A stretch of DNA of 64,000 nucleotides from the sequence record NC_048045.1. The stretch is one strand, 5' to 3'. Position 1 is the stretch's first letter. Each line of letters opens with the position of its first letter. Shown here one piece after another: positions 50,731 through 60,026 of this stretch. The position numbers and the translations under genes are program-made. The notes under the pieces were generated by a model. It did not search any database and was not told the DNA's origin. It worked only from the letters and a program-made list of their open reading frames with translations.

Positions 50731-51012
50731 ATGAGCAAGCCCGCCCAATACCGCGTCTACGCCTACACCAAGCGGGTCGCGGCTCAACGACCCTATATCG
50801 ACACCGAGATCGTCCACATGCAGGACCTCCAAGTGAGGCGCTGGTGGGGCTGGCAGACCATCGACGAGGAGGTCGTCCCGACCCACGTCAAGATCAGCCT
50901 GGGCGCGTTCGGCGACACCGGCGGCTGGGTCTCGAAGTTCACCAAGCTGGGGACCTTCGGCCGCGACGGCGTCTTTACCCTGCATCCGCACGTGGAGGCC
51001 AAACTGTCATGA
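50731..51012 (+). CDS. Hypothetical protein
   Basis: GGAGG RBS. Confidence 0.7.
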   Translation: MSKPAQYRVYAYTKRVAAQRPYIDTEIVHMQDLQVRRWWGWQTIDEEVVPTHVKISLGAFGDTGGWVSKFTKLGTFGRDGVFTLHPHVEAKLS

Positions 51013-51431
51013 AGCTCTTCCTGATCATCCTGGCGACCATCCTGTGGCTGGGCGACACCGCCCGCGCCCAGGCCTTCCGCCTCACCCAGCCGCTCAACTA
51101 CGGCAGCGATCTCCACTACACCGAGACGCGTGACGCCTCGGCCTCCCGTGAACCGCTCAAGCGGGTGATCGCTGACCTGTCGCGCTCGCCGACCGTGACG
51201 ATCGAGCGGGCCTGGACGTATGCGGAACTCGCCGGCGCCCAGACCACCTGCGGCGAGATCATCCTCAATGGTCGCCACCAGAAGTTCGTGCTCCAGCAGG
51301 GGCCGAAGACGGCCGTGATCGGCCCGGCCATGCCCACCGAGTTCTGGAGCCTGGACGTCCAGGACTACCAGTTCCGCAATGCCGGGTGCCTGCGCGACCG
51401 CGCCGCCCAGATCATCCCGCCGAGGTTCTAA
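51009..51431 (+). CDS. Secreted protein with Sec signal peptide
   Basis: MKLFLIILATILWLGDTARA-Q; two Cys in the mature part. Confidence 0.7.
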   Translation: MKLFLIILATILWLGDTARAQAFRLTQPLNYGSDLHYTETRDASASREPLKRVIADLSRSPTVTIERAWTYAELAGAQTTCGEIILNGRHQKFVLQQGPKTAVIGPAMPTEFWSLDVQDYQFRNAGCLRDRAAQIIPPRF

Positions 51432-51433
51432 CG

Positions 51434-51509
51434 GCTGGCGTTCTTGTGTTGACAGCGACCCTCATGCGGGCCTAGAACGTCATCGACGACAACAAAGGAG
51501 CCCCGCATG
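51434..51509 (+). promoter_or_regulatory. Phage promoter family member; spacer pairs with the start codon region
   Basis: TGGCG-N6-TGTTGACA-N18-TAGAAC-N6-GACGACAAC; CATGCGGG/CCCGCATG. Confidence 0.85.
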
Positions 51510-51863
51510 CCGCTGTATGATTTCCCGACCGGCCCGACCACGATGGAGGACATCGAAGCGTTCGTCGCCGGTGCCCAGGCGGTGGTCAACGCCCAGATGG
51601 CGAAGGCCTTCCCGAACGTGAGCCCGCCGGTCCTGACGATCGAGCCGATCCGCCCCAACACCCAGTTCGCCAAGATCGTGTCGAGCGACCGCTCGCAACG
51701 CTCGGTCTGGGCTTTCGTTCGCCTGGAGGACGGCCTGATCTACAAGCCCTCGTCGTGGAAGGTCCCGGCCAAGCACGCGCGCGGCACGATCCATACCGCG
51801 TCCTTCGGAGCCGAGTACGTCGACTGGACCGGCCCGCGCTACATCAAGGACCTGCGCCCGTGA
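51507..51863 (+). CDS. Hypothetical phage protein
   Basis: SVWAFV..GLIYKPSSWKVPAKHARGTI pattern. Confidence 0.8.
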   Translation: MPLYDFPTGPTTMEDIEAFVAGAQAVVNAQMAKAFPNVSPPVLTIEPIRPNTQFAKIVSSDRSQRSVWAFVRLEDGLIYKPSSWKVPAKHARGTIHTASFGAEYVDWTGPRYIKDLRP

Positions 51864-52120
51864 GCGTCTTCACCGTCATCCTGTCGCAGTACGACGAGCA
51901 GCGCTTCTACATCGTCGAGGCCGGCAACAACATCAATGCCCTGGCGCACGCCAAGCGGGTCGCGGAGTCCCATGACGACAACGGCTCGATCTGGAAACTC
52001 GACATGATGTTCGTCGGCGCGCCCGACCTCGCGATGAAGGCCCAGGGCCTGAAGGTCATCGACCTGCGCGCGACCGTCCATGAGCCCGTTCCCCACGCCC
52101 AGCGGGGAGGCGGCTGCTGA
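51860..52120 (+). CDS. Hypothetical protein
   Basis: GTG start MSVFTV. Confidence 0.7.
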   Translation: MSVFTVILSQYDEQRFYIVEAGNNINALAHAKRVAESHDDNGSIWKLDMMFVGAPDLAMKAQGLKVIDLRATVHEPVPHAQRGGGC

Positions 52121-52662
52121 TGGTTGACCTGCTCGACAAGCGCACCATCACCGTCGACCCCTATGCGATCGTCACCGATCGCCTGGAGGGGTCGATCACC
52201 CTGGTGCGCCTCCATGAGGGCGGGCGTTACCGCCATGGTGGCAGTCTCATGTACTATAGCGGCCGGCAGATCAACACCGGGCTCAAAGGCGTCGCCTACA
52301 CCTACGACGACGAGACCAACGCCTCGTCGCTCGAATTCTGGGGCGGCTACGAGGACCGCGTCATGGCGCGCTTCGCGACCCGCGAGGACGCCATGAAGGC
52401 CCTGCACGATGGTCTGGCGGCGCGCGCCGAGGTCGACATCCTGGTCAAGCAGGCCCAGGCCATGCTCCAGGCCCTGGCCGATCTGCGCGACCGCCGGTTC
52501 AAGGAGACCGTCCAGGCCCAGGAGCGCGACGGCGTCCAGCGCGATGGCTGCGAGGTCTGCAACGGCGCGCGCGGCGGTGTGCCGGGCAACGAGAACGTCG
52601 TCGATGGCAAGGTGGTCTGCGACTACTGCCACGTCGACATCATGGATGCGAGGAAAGCCTGA
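52120..52662 (+). CDS. Hypothetical protein with C-terminal Zn finger
   Basis: CEVC..GGVPGNENVVDGKVVCDYCH. Confidence 0.75.
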   Translation: MVDLLDKRTITVDPYAIVTDRLEGSITLVRLHEGGRYRHGGSLMYYSGRQINTGLKGVAYTYDDETNASSLEFWGGYEDRVMARFATREDAMKALHDGLAARAEVDILVKQAQAMLQALADLRDRRFKETVQAQERDGVQRDGCEVCNGARGGVPGNENVVDGKVVCDYCHVDIMDARKA

Positions 52663-52883
52663 TGGGCTCCTACATCTATTGCACGAATGGCGACTGCGGC
52701 GCCGGTTTGGGACCCCCTTCGGCCCGTGAGGTCGTGGAGCAGGATCGCAAGTGCCCACATTGCGGTACCTACGTGCCGGTCTACGACTCCATGGCCGACG
52801 TGCTGGAACGCATGGAAGGCCGGATCGAAGAACTGGAAGACGAGGTCAAGGCGTTGAAGATAGGGGACGGTCTTGGGGCTTAG
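52662..52883 (+). CDS. Zn-ribbon small protein
   Basis: CTNGDC..CPHCG plus coiled coil. Confidence 0.7.
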   Translation: MGSYIYCTNGDCGAGLGPPSAREVVEQDRKCPHCGTYVPVYDSMADVLERMEGRIEELEDEVKALKIGDGLGA

Positions 52884-53229
52884 GAAAATTCCGCCCGCCC
52901 ATTCGTGGCTTTCGGCGCTCGCCTTCAGGACGGCGTTCAAGCGTCCGAGCCACGAGGAGCGCCTCAAGCGCCTCCAGGCTGTCCGCGCTGCCCGTCTTTC
53001 GGGTTCGGAGCTACGTGACCCGCTGATGAAGAAGCTGGTCCGCGACGGCCTCGTGCGCCTGCATCGTCCGTCAAACGCCGAATTCTACAGGCAGACCAAG
53101 GGTGGTTTCATGAAGCGGACCCAGGCTTTCCTCACGCCGGCCGGCGAAGCCTATCTGGCGGACCCGACCACCCATCATGTTCCGAAGTCGGAGCGCACCG
53201 AGAAGGTCAAGGGGATTCGGGGCAAATGA
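52873..53229 (+). CDS. Basic protein with winged-helix-like C-terminus
   Basis: LMKKLVRDGLVRL..FLTPAGEAYL. Confidence 0.6.
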   Translation: MGLRKIPPAHSWLSALAFRTAFKRPSHEERLKRLQAVRAARLSGSELRDPLMKKLVRDGLVRLHRPSNAEFYRQTKGGFMKRTQAFLTPAGEAYLADPTTHHVPKSERTEKVKGIRGK

Positions 53230-53678
53230 TCAACTGGAAAGACCCCTTTGGCCTGGAAGCCCGCCGCATCGAGCGTGAGCAGCGTTGGGAAGAAGAGGCC
53301 AAGGCGACCCGCGCCGCGCGCCTGAAGCGGGCGCAGGCGGCCGGGACCCATCGCATCAAGCAGACGGACGTTGACACCTTCTACGTGATGATCCTCGACC
53401 CGCACGGGCGTTGGCATTTCGTGTCCCGCGCCGGCCGGGTGACCGCCCAGTCCGCCGACAAGTGCTACAAGGGTGCGACCCTGGAGGCGGCCAAGACGAT
53501 CGCGTCCGAGATCGAGCGCATCTTCCGCAACGACGTCGCCGACGAGGTCAAACGGTTGAAGAGCCACCAGAATTACTACAACCCTCCCGAGTACGAGGCC
53601 AAGCCTTACGACGTCATCAAGGACGATGATATCGCGTTCTGTGACGCGGTCGACGCGATGTGGAGGACGCGGGCGTGA
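53226..53678 (+). CDS. Hypothetical protein
   Basis: ATGA overlap. Confidence 0.7.
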   Translation: MINWKDPFGLEARRIEREQRWEEEAKATRAARLKRAQAAGTHRIKQTDVDTFYVMILDPHGRWHFVSRAGRVTAQSADKCYKGATLEAAKTIASEIERIFRNDVADEVKRLKSHQNYYNPPEYEAKPYDVIKDDDIAFCDAVDAMWRTRA

Positions 53679-53887
53679 GTGAGGTCCTGATCGAAACCCG
53701 CGCGGACGCGATCCAGGCCGTCGCCCTGGCGCTCTATCAGCGCCAATGGAGCCGGGGAGGACAGGTTGACCCACCAGCCTGGGCGACCATCCCACCCCAG
53801 TTCAAGAAGCCCTTCCTGGAGACGGCCGAGCTTTGCGTCGACCTGATCATCGAGCACGTGAGGAACAACAGCCATGAACCGTCGTAA
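53675..53887 (+). CDS. Hypothetical protein
   Basis: GTG start MSEVLI. Confidence 0.65.
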   Translation: MSEVLIETRADAIQAVALALYQRQWSRGGQVDPPAWATIPPQFKKPFLETAELCVDLIIEHVRNNSHEPS

Positions 53888-54503
53888 TCTCCTGCTGGGC
53901 GCTGGCGCGGCCGTCATCGCCGCCGGGGTCGCCCAGGCCCAGACGGTCCACGTGTCGGAGGTCAAGCCGACGACCTACACGTGGTTCTCCAGCATCGAAG
54001 GCGGCATGCGTCATCGCGAGAGCCACGACACTCGCTACGTGATCCAGTGGGAGAAGGGCGCGCTCCAGCATCCGCACTCCGAGATCGTGCGCAAGTGGGT
54101 CCGCGAGACGATCGACAGCGGCTACCTCTACTGCTACGGCGACATGCGCTGTATGGACCGCAAGGTGCGCCTGGAGGAAGTCCACATCCTCATCCGGCCG
54201 GGCAAGAAGGTCTGGAACCACGTCACCGGCTACACCGACGAGGAGGGTCTTCAGATCGAGGTCAACGAGGCCGGGGCGAAGTTCGCCCCTTTCGGCCTCG
54301 CCTCGACCCACGGGCTGACCTACGTCGCCGAGACGATGCGCGACACCTACTACGTCCGCAAGCCGTACCTGCGCTACGACGAGGAGCGCGAGCTTCGCTT
54401 CGCCCTGGGCGATGACCCGCAAGGCTACTACGCACCGAACTCGAAGATTGGGCTCGACGACCGGATGTGGACTGAAACCCTGGCCGCACTGGGCAAGACC
54501 TGA
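53874..54503 (+). CDS. Protein with twin-arginine (Tat) signal peptide
   Basis: MNRRNLLLGAGAAVIAAGVAQA-Q. Confidence 0.75.
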   Translation: MNRRNLLLGAGAAVIAAGVAQAQTVHVSEVKPTTYTWFSSIEGGMRHRESHDTRYVIQWEKGALQHPHSEIVRKWVRETIDSGYLYCYGDMRCMDRKVRLEEVHILIRPGKKVWNHVTGYTDEEGLQIEVNEAGAKFAPFGLASTHGLTYVAETMRDTYYVRKPYLRYDEERELRFALGDDPQGYYAPNSKIGLDDRMWTETLAALGKT

Positions 54504-54751
54504 TGGCCGACCCCCGCATCCACAGGGTCCACTATCACGTCTTCCAGGACGCGATCGACGCGGCGCAGTTCGCTGAGCGCATGCTGATGCGCTGCGCGCC
54601 GCACGATCGGCCCGTCCGGATGACTGGCGGAAGTTCCGCTGGCATTGAAGGTGTGCGCATCCTGTGGGCGGGTGGCGAGCCGATCGCCCAGGCGACGCTC
54701 TTCACCGACGACCTCAACCAGACCCTCGTTACCGTGGTGGCCCTCAAATGA
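54503..54751 (+). CDS. Hypothetical protein
   Basis: TGATG coupling. Confidence 0.65.
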   Translation: MADPRIHRVHYHVFQDAIDAAQFAERMLMRCAPHDRPVRMTGGSSAGIEGVRILWAGGEPIAQATLFTDDLNQTLVTVVALK

Positions 54752-55248
54752 TCCGCTCTCGTCACGAACCGCCCGAGGCTACCGCCGGCAAGATGCAGGA
54801 GAGGTGGTCGGCCCAGAAGGTGGCTATCCACGGCTTCTTGTGCGGCCCCGAATCGGCGCTGAACGCCAACTGGCAAGAGGCGAGCGCCATGATCTGGGCG
54901 CATGTCGACGGCCGGGTCCTGGGGGACTGGCAAGACCGCCCCGTGCGGGGCTGGACCGCCGAGCATATCAACGCGCCGTTCGACATCTGCATGGTTCAAG
55001 ACCGTGACGCCAAGACCATCAAGGATTGCGACTTGGCGCTGGCCATGATCGTGACCCTGCTTCCGCAGGCGCCGCTCAAGATCAGCAAGGGCTATGGGCG
55101 CGACGGTAGCTGGGAAGTCCAGATCGACACCCGCCACACCGTGGGGGCCAAGCACCACGGGATCGTCTGGGGCTTTGGTCCCGGCATCGCCCTGGCGGCG
55201 TGGCGCGCCTACTTCGGCTACATCAACAAGGAGCCCAACGATGTCTGA
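54748..55248 (+). CDS. Hypothetical protein
   Basis: Start MIRSRH; DCDLALAMIVTLLP..GIALAAWRAY. Confidence 0.7.
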   Translation: MIRSRHEPPEATAGKMQERWSAQKVAIHGFLCGPESALNANWQEASAMIWAHVDGRVLGDWQDRPVRGWTAEHINAPFDICMVQDRDAKTIKDCDLALAMIVTLLPQAPLKISKGYGRDGSWEVQIDTRHTVGAKHHGIVWGFGPGIALAAWRAYFGYINKEPNDV

Positions 55249-55462
55249 CATCTTCGACGAGGTCGAGCGCCGGCTCAACCGCAAGCGCCCCGGCTTTTGG
55301 CTGCACAAGATCGCCACGGTGTTCATCGCGGTGGTCTTCGTGATCGTGATCGCCGGCGCCGCCATCCAGGTCTTCAACCCGACCCTGGCGACGCAATGGC
55401 AGGCCAAGCAGGACGCGGCCTACGACCGCGCCTACGAGGAAGCCCGGCGGCGGGGCGAGTAA
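55241..55462 (+). CDS. Single-pass membrane protein
   Basis: MSDIFDEVERRL..KIATVFIAVVFVIVIAGAAI; AAGGAG RBS. Confidence 0.75.
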   Translation: MSDIFDEVERRLNRKRPGFWLHKIATVFIAVVFVIVIAGAAIQVFNPTLATQWQAKQDAAYDRAYEEARRRGE

Positions 55463-55944
55463 TGGCCGGCCCGCAGTACACCTGGGAGCCGGCTTCGACC
55501 GCTGACGGCGTCAAGCTGACCGAACACGTGATCCGAGGCGAGATCGTCCCGATCTGCGTCGGCTCCTCGCTGCATGCGATCGAGATGCACGCGATGATGG
55601 GCGAGCGGCTCTACCGGGCCTTTGGGACCATGTCCGGCGACGCCGACTGGACCCAGGCTGAGATCGGCACGCCCCAGGCCCATCCGCTCGACGGTCAGGA
55701 CCTCAACGCCCTGGACTACCACACCAGGGTCCGCGAGGAGTACCGCCGCGACATCGCTACGGCCGGCGGCCGGCACCTGATGATCTGCCGCAAGACCGAC
55801 GACCTCCAGGACCTGCTCGCCCTGATCCCGATGGACCTGCGCCGGCGGCATGAGATGGCCAACATGATCACCCTACTGGCCCGCATGCTCCTCATCGAGA
55901 ATACGCCCCGCACCCTTTCCGACTCCAGCCTCAAGCGCTTCTGA
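55462..55944 (+). CDS. Hypothetical protein
   Basis: Start MAGPQY; TAATG coupling. Confidence 0.75.
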   Translation: MAGPQYTWEPASTADGVKLTEHVIRGEIVPICVGSSLHAIEMHAMMGERLYRAFGTMSGDADWTQAEIGTPQAHPLDGQDLNALDYHTRVREEYRRDIATAGGRHLMICRKTDDLQDLLALIPMDLRRRHEMANMITLLARMLLIENTPRTLSDSSLKRF

Positions 55945-55946
55945 CC

Positions 55947-56489
55947 ATGACCTCCCAACGCCTCGATTTCACCAGCAACGATCTCTGGCCGCCCAAGGTC
56001 GACTACGAGATGAAGAAGCTGCGCTACGACACCACGCTCGATGCGCTGGAGATCGTCCACCCCAAGAACCGCCTGGGCAACCGCGTCGACGTCTCGCACG
56101 TCGCCAGCTACCTCGTGAACGGCCGCGTCAAGGGCGTGCTCGACCATATCGCCAGCACCGGCGTCGAGGACCCGCGCGAGCAGACCTTCAAAATCCTGCG
56201 CATCCTGGAGAGCCGGGGCATGGTCGCCAACACCGGCGGCGACTGGACGCTGACCGCGACCGGCGCGATCTGGCATCTGGTGGCGGACAACCACCCCTCG
56301 GGCTGGGCGGAGCAACAGGCTCTGCTCTACGACATCCGCCTGCAATGGTGGGCGGGCCACGAGATCGCCACGGCGATCAAGGAGACGCCGTACTTCCAGA
56401 TGCGGCCCCAGCACGGTTCCGCGCCGATCATCGCCTTCGACCTCTCGGCCCTGCAACAGCCGCTCGATGGGTGGAACGGATGGCGCTGA
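55947..56489 (+). CDS. Hypothetical protein, possible winged helix
   Basis: KILRILESRGMV..WTLTATG. Confidence 0.7.
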   Translation: MTSQRLDFTSNDLWPPKVDYEMKKLRYDTTLDALEIVHPKNRLGNRVDVSHVASYLVNGRVKGVLDHIASTGVEDPREQTFKILRILESRGMVANTGGDWTLTATGAIWHLVADNHPSGWAEQQALLYDIRLQWWAGHEIATAIKETPYFQMRPQHGSAPIIAFDLSALQQPLDGWNGWR

Positions 56490-57016
56490 AGCAAGAAGCC
56501 TGGGACAGTCTGCTTCTCAACCTGCGCAGCGCCGCCCAGTTGAAGGATCGCGAGGCCTGGGACGACGCGATCCAGGCCCTGGAGAACGCCTTCGACGAGC
56601 ACGTCGACGGCCCGCTGGAGACCCACCCCAACACCCTGGCCTGGAAGAAGAGCGCCGACGAGCGCAAGCGCTTCTTGGCGGGCTGGGCGTACTGGGGTAG
56701 CGGCGCCCGCGATGTCCCCGACGACTACCGGGGCGATCCGCACTTCAACCGGGGGCGAACGGGCGCGGCGATCGCCCAGGACATGAGTGGCCTCCTGCGG
56801 GTTTTCGAGGCCTGCACCCACCAGGGCTCCAAGATCGAGGGTGGTGACAACACCGTGCTGCCGCGCTACCCCGCCGTCTACGGCTCCTACGCGGTTCAAA
56901 TCTGCCGTGGATGTCGTGGGTGGACCCAGGACCGTCACGGTCCGAAAACTTGGCATCCCGGCCCGTACTACGACGCCTACGAGAAGGCGATGCGCGAGGA
57001 AGAGGAGCGCTGCTAA
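56480..57016 (+). CDS. Hypothetical protein with C-terminal Cys motif
   Basis: Start MALKQE; CTH..ICRGCRGW. Confidence 0.7.
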   Translation: MALKQEAWDSLLLNLRSAAQLKDREAWDDAIQALENAFDEHVDGPLETHPNTLAWKKSADERKRFLAGWAYWGSGARDVPDDYRGDPHFNRGRTGAAIAQDMSGLLRVFEACTHQGSKIEGGDNTVLPRYPAVYGSYAVQICRGCRGWTQDRHGPKTWHPGPYYDAYEKAMREEEERC

Positions 57017-57705
57017 TGCTCTACGTGTTCGGGGACATCCACGGCCGCATGGACCTCCTGGAGGAGGCGCGCCACGTGATCCGTGTACGCGGCGACTGCT
57101 CCCAGATGATCTTCCTGGGCGACTATGTCGATCGCGGGCCGCAGAGCCGCGAGGTGGTCGAGGCCGTGATGGGGCTGCACCAGCAGGGCGAGATCGCGCT
57201 GAAGGGCAATCACGAGCAGATGATGGTCGATAGCTGGCGGATCGCCAGCTATGGAGCGCTGTCCAAGCTCTGGGTCAGCAACGGGGGCAAGCAGACCCTG
57301 AAGTCCTATGGCGCCGGCGACAATGCCTGGAACGCTCAGTGGGACATGATCCCCCAGGCCCACGTCGACTGGATGGACGCTCTGCCGACCTTCTACGATA
57401 CCCCCGGCCGGGTCTTCGTCCATGCCGGGCTGATCCCCGGCGTGCCGCTCAAGGCGCACGACGAGGAAGAGATGATGTGGATCAGGGACCGATTCCTTCA
57501 TGGCCGGCCCCAGGACTTCGAAAAACACGTCGTCCACGGCCACACCCATACCCACGCCCTGAAGAAGATCAGCGAGCCCGAACTGCTCGTGCATCGGACC
57601 AATCTGGACACCGGGGCCTTCTACACCGGCATCCTGAGCGTGGGGGTGTTTGATCCCGACGGCGACGGCGGCCCGGTCGAGGTGCTCAAGATCACGGAGG
57701 CCTGA
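57016..57705 (+). CDS. PPP-family metallophosphoesterase (Ser/Thr protein phosphatase-like)
   Basis: GDIHG, GDYVDRG, KGNHE, FVHAG, HGHT, LDTGA. Confidence 0.92.
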   Translation: MLYVFGDIHGRMDLLEEARHVIRVRGDCSQMIFLGDYVDRGPQSREVVEAVMGLHQQGEIALKGNHEQMMVDSWRIASYGALSKLWVSNGGKQTLKSYGAGDNAWNAQWDMIPQAHVDWMDALPTFYDTPGRVFVHAGLIPGVPLKAHDEEEMMWIRDRFLHGRPQDFEKHVVHGHTHTHALKKISEPELLVHRTNLDTGAFYTGILSVGVFDPDGDGGPVEVLKITEA

Positions 57706-58331
57706 TGTCGTTCGTCGACCGGATGCGGGCCTACCTGCAAGCGGACCTGGAGATCGTCAAGCACTTCACCGAGCGGTTCTTCGCCAAGCGTCCTGACGAG
57801 CCCGACGCGGGCGTCTCGCCGCAGCCCATGAAGCCCGCCCCGCCTGGGGCGGGGATGGGAAGCGGAACAATACCGGGCGGCGGCGGTGGTGGCGGCAACA
57901 CCCACTTCTACTATCCCGGCGTGGGTGGAGGCGGCGGCTATGCGACAGCGTCGGGCGGCAACGGCGGCGGCAGCTATAGTGGCTCATCCGGGCAGGTCCT
58001 GGCCTGCAATGGCCATGCCATGCCCTGGATGGTCGTATCGCCCGCAAAGTTGAAGTCCACCAAGCCGGCCGGCAGCTTCAAGGACCTCAACGCGACCGAG
58101 GAGGCGGTGGTCCACAACGTGGCCCAATACGAGGGCACCGAACTGGTCCGCGAGCGGGACGGGACGTTCTCCTATTGCCGCAGCGGGCTGGCGTTGGCCA
58201 AGGATCGCGTCAAGGCGCGTACCGTCAATGCCTTGATTTCAAAGAAATTTCTGGACGTGGTCGAGTTCGGCGACCGCGCCGAGGCCCTGGTCTGCAAGCT
58301 CGGCTCGAACATCTTGGTCCACGGCCGCTAG
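57705..58331 (+). CDS. Hypothetical protein with Gly-rich linker
   Basis: PGGGGGGGN, PGVGGGGGY; globular C-terminus. Confidence 0.7.
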   Translation: MSFVDRMRAYLQADLEIVKHFTERFFAKRPDEPDAGVSPQPMKPAPPGAGMGSGTIPGGGGGGGNTHFYYPGVGGGGGYATASGGNGGGSYSGSSGQVLACNGHAMPWMVVSPAKLKSTKPAGSFKDLNATEEAVVHNVAQYEGTELVRERDGTFSYCRSGLALAKDRVKARTVNALISKKFLDVVEFGDRAEALVCKLGSNILVHGR

Positions 58332-58338
58332 AAAGTGT

Positions 58339-58398
58339 TTGACAACACTCTCACGCCAACATAGAACCCTCCTCGACGACAACGAGGAGGGCCATATG
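58339..58398 (+). promoter_or_regulatory. Phage promoter with inverted TGGCG site and 9-bp RBS hairpin
   Basis: TTGACA-ACACTCTCACGCCAACA-TAGAAC-CCTCCTC-GACGACAAC-GAGGAGGG. Confidence 0.9.
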
Positions 58399-58815
58399 GC
58401 TTACGACATTCCCGACCTGAGCGTGTTCACGTTCACCGACCCGTCGATGGAGAGCTTCGCCAAGGCTATGGTCTCGATGATCGAGGCCAACCAAGCGATC
58501 ATCGACCAATTCGCCGAGAGCCTGAGCAAGGACCCGATCCGCGCGCTGGAGCGCAGCCTGTCCGTCAAGCTGGCGGCCGTCCGCCAGAGCGAAGCCAACG
58601 ATGCCCTGGGCCATGTCCTGGACACGCTGCTGCACGGTGACGACAAGACCTGGGCCTACACCAAGCTCCAAATCCAGCAGTCGCTCACCTACCATGTGGT
58701 CTACGCCGCCGCGCACCCGTCGCGGTCGACCTGCGCCGAGACCAACGACATGGCGCGCTTCGAACTGCAAGCCAAGGCCGAGATGCTCGACCGCCTGATG
58801 AAGGGTCGCTTCTAA
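58396..58815 (+). CDS. Hypothetical protein
   Basis: Start MAYDIP. Confidence 0.75.
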   Translation: MAYDIPDLSVFTFTDPSMESFAKAMVSMIEANQAIIDQFAESLSKDPIRALERSLSVKLAAVRQSEANDALGHVLDTLLHGDDKTWAYTKLQIQQSLTYHVVYAAAHPSRSTCAETNDMARFELQAKAEMLDRLMKGRF

Positions 58816-59057
58816 TGCGCGGCGTCGACGTCAACGAGTCCTATCAGACCGAGCAGCGCTCGTTCGATGGGCAACTGGCCAGCAAGTACGGCGCCGCCTC
58901 GGGCGGACCGGACCTGACCCGCGAGCAGTGGCAGGCGATGCAGCGGGCCGACCGCAAGCGTTTCGCCGGCGTCACCATGGGCCTCTTCGTGTTCGTATTC
59001 TGCCTCGCCTGGGTGATCAACGATCTGACCGGCTTTGGCAACGCGCTGCCGTTCTGA
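58815..59057 (+). CDS. Small membrane protein
   Basis: FAGVTMGLFVFVFCLAWVI. Confidence 0.7.
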   Translation: MRGVDVNESYQTEQRSFDGQLASKYGAASGGPDLTREQWQAMQRADRKRFAGVTMGLFVFVFCLAWVINDLTGFGNALPF

Positions 59058-59434
59058 TGAAGCCGCTCGACGAACGCATCCGCGAAGCTATCGCCACTCC
59101 TCGTCCGGCCTGGATCGAGAAGAAGGGCGACCGCTTCCACGTCATCACCAAGGGCGTGCTGTTCCCCAACACGCGCAACGCCCTCTCCAAGTCCTGGAGC
59201 CGCCGCGCCGGCGCCCTCGCCTGCATCCGCCAGGATTACCTCACCCTGCTGGAGGGCGACTGCCCGCTGCCGGAGGTGACCCAGGCCCAGCGCGACGCCT
59301 ACCAGTTCCAGGGGGCCGAGCGCCGCGAAGCCGTCGAGGCCCTGAGCCGCGAACTGGGCATCCACCAGGACGAAATCCGCCGCGCCCTGCGCAACCTCGA
59401 AGGGCGTGGCCTGATCCGTTTCGAGGCGCGCTGA
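59057..59434 (+). CDS. Protein with C-terminal winged helix
   Basis: VEALSRELGIHQDEIRRALRNLEGRGLIRF; start MKPLDE. Confidence 0.7.
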   Translation: MKPLDERIREAIATPRPAWIEKKGDRFHVITKGVLFPNTRNALSKSWSRRAGALACIRQDYLTLLEGDCPLPEVTQAQRDAYQFQGAERREAVEALSRELGIHQDEIRRALRNLEGRGLIRFEAR

Positions 59435-59739
59435 TGCAAATCCTGACCTTCGCCGAGTTCATCGCCATGCCCGACGGCGTCCTCTACCAGGAGGTCACCG
59501 AGTACGGCTCACCCGTCGCGGGACTGGCGATCCGCCACTCCGTCCTCTATGACGGCGACCGCCCGTTCGACTTCATCTACGAAGAGGTCCTCGCCCGGAC
59601 CGCCGACGGTGAGATGGACGCCCCGCTGATCCTAGAAGGGCCGGGCACGGCGCGCTGGGGCCTGTTCGACTACGACCTTCGCTACATCGTCTACGAGGAG
59701 GCCGATCGCAAGGCCCTGGCCGCGAAGGTCCTCGGCTGA
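59434..59739 (+). CDS. Hypothetical acidic protein
   Basis: Start MQILTF; TGATG coupling. Confidence 0.75.
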   Translation: MQILTFAEFIAMPDGVLYQEVTEYGSPVAGLAIRHSVLYDGDRPFDFIYEEVLARTADGEMDAPLILEGPGTARWGLFDYDLRYIVYEEADRKALAAKVLG

Positions 59740-59744
59740 AGCAG

Positions 59745-59812
59745 CTTGGCGTTTGTGTGTTGACAGGGCAAGTCCGGTTCTGTAGACCTCTGCTCGACGA
59801 CAACGAGGAGGC
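59745..59812 (+). promoter_or_regulatory. Phage promoter family member
   Basis: TGGCG-N6-TGTTGACA-N17-TAGACC-N7-GACGACAAC-GAGGAGG. Confidence 0.85.
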
Positions 59813-59816
59813 CCCC

Positions 59817-60023
59817 ATGCCGCATCTGAGCAAGCAGTCCTACAGCTTCGGCTACACCAGCGACGCCCTGGCGGCGGCCGGCGAGTTCGAAGCCCTGACC
59901 ACTGAGTTCTATCGCTACGAGACCCGCTACCTCTACGACGCGTCTCGCGCGATCGTCGGCGTCGAGGTCCGCGTCATGGACGAGGACGGCTTCTTCGTCG
60001 GCTACGTCGCGGGCGAGGTCTAG
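59817..60023 (+). CDS. Hypothetical protein
   Basis: Start MPHLSK. Confidence 0.7.
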   Translation: MPHLSKQSYSFGYTSDALAAAGEFEALTTEFYRYETRYLYDASRAIVGVEVRVMDEDGFFVGYVAGEV

Positions 60024-60026
60024 CCC

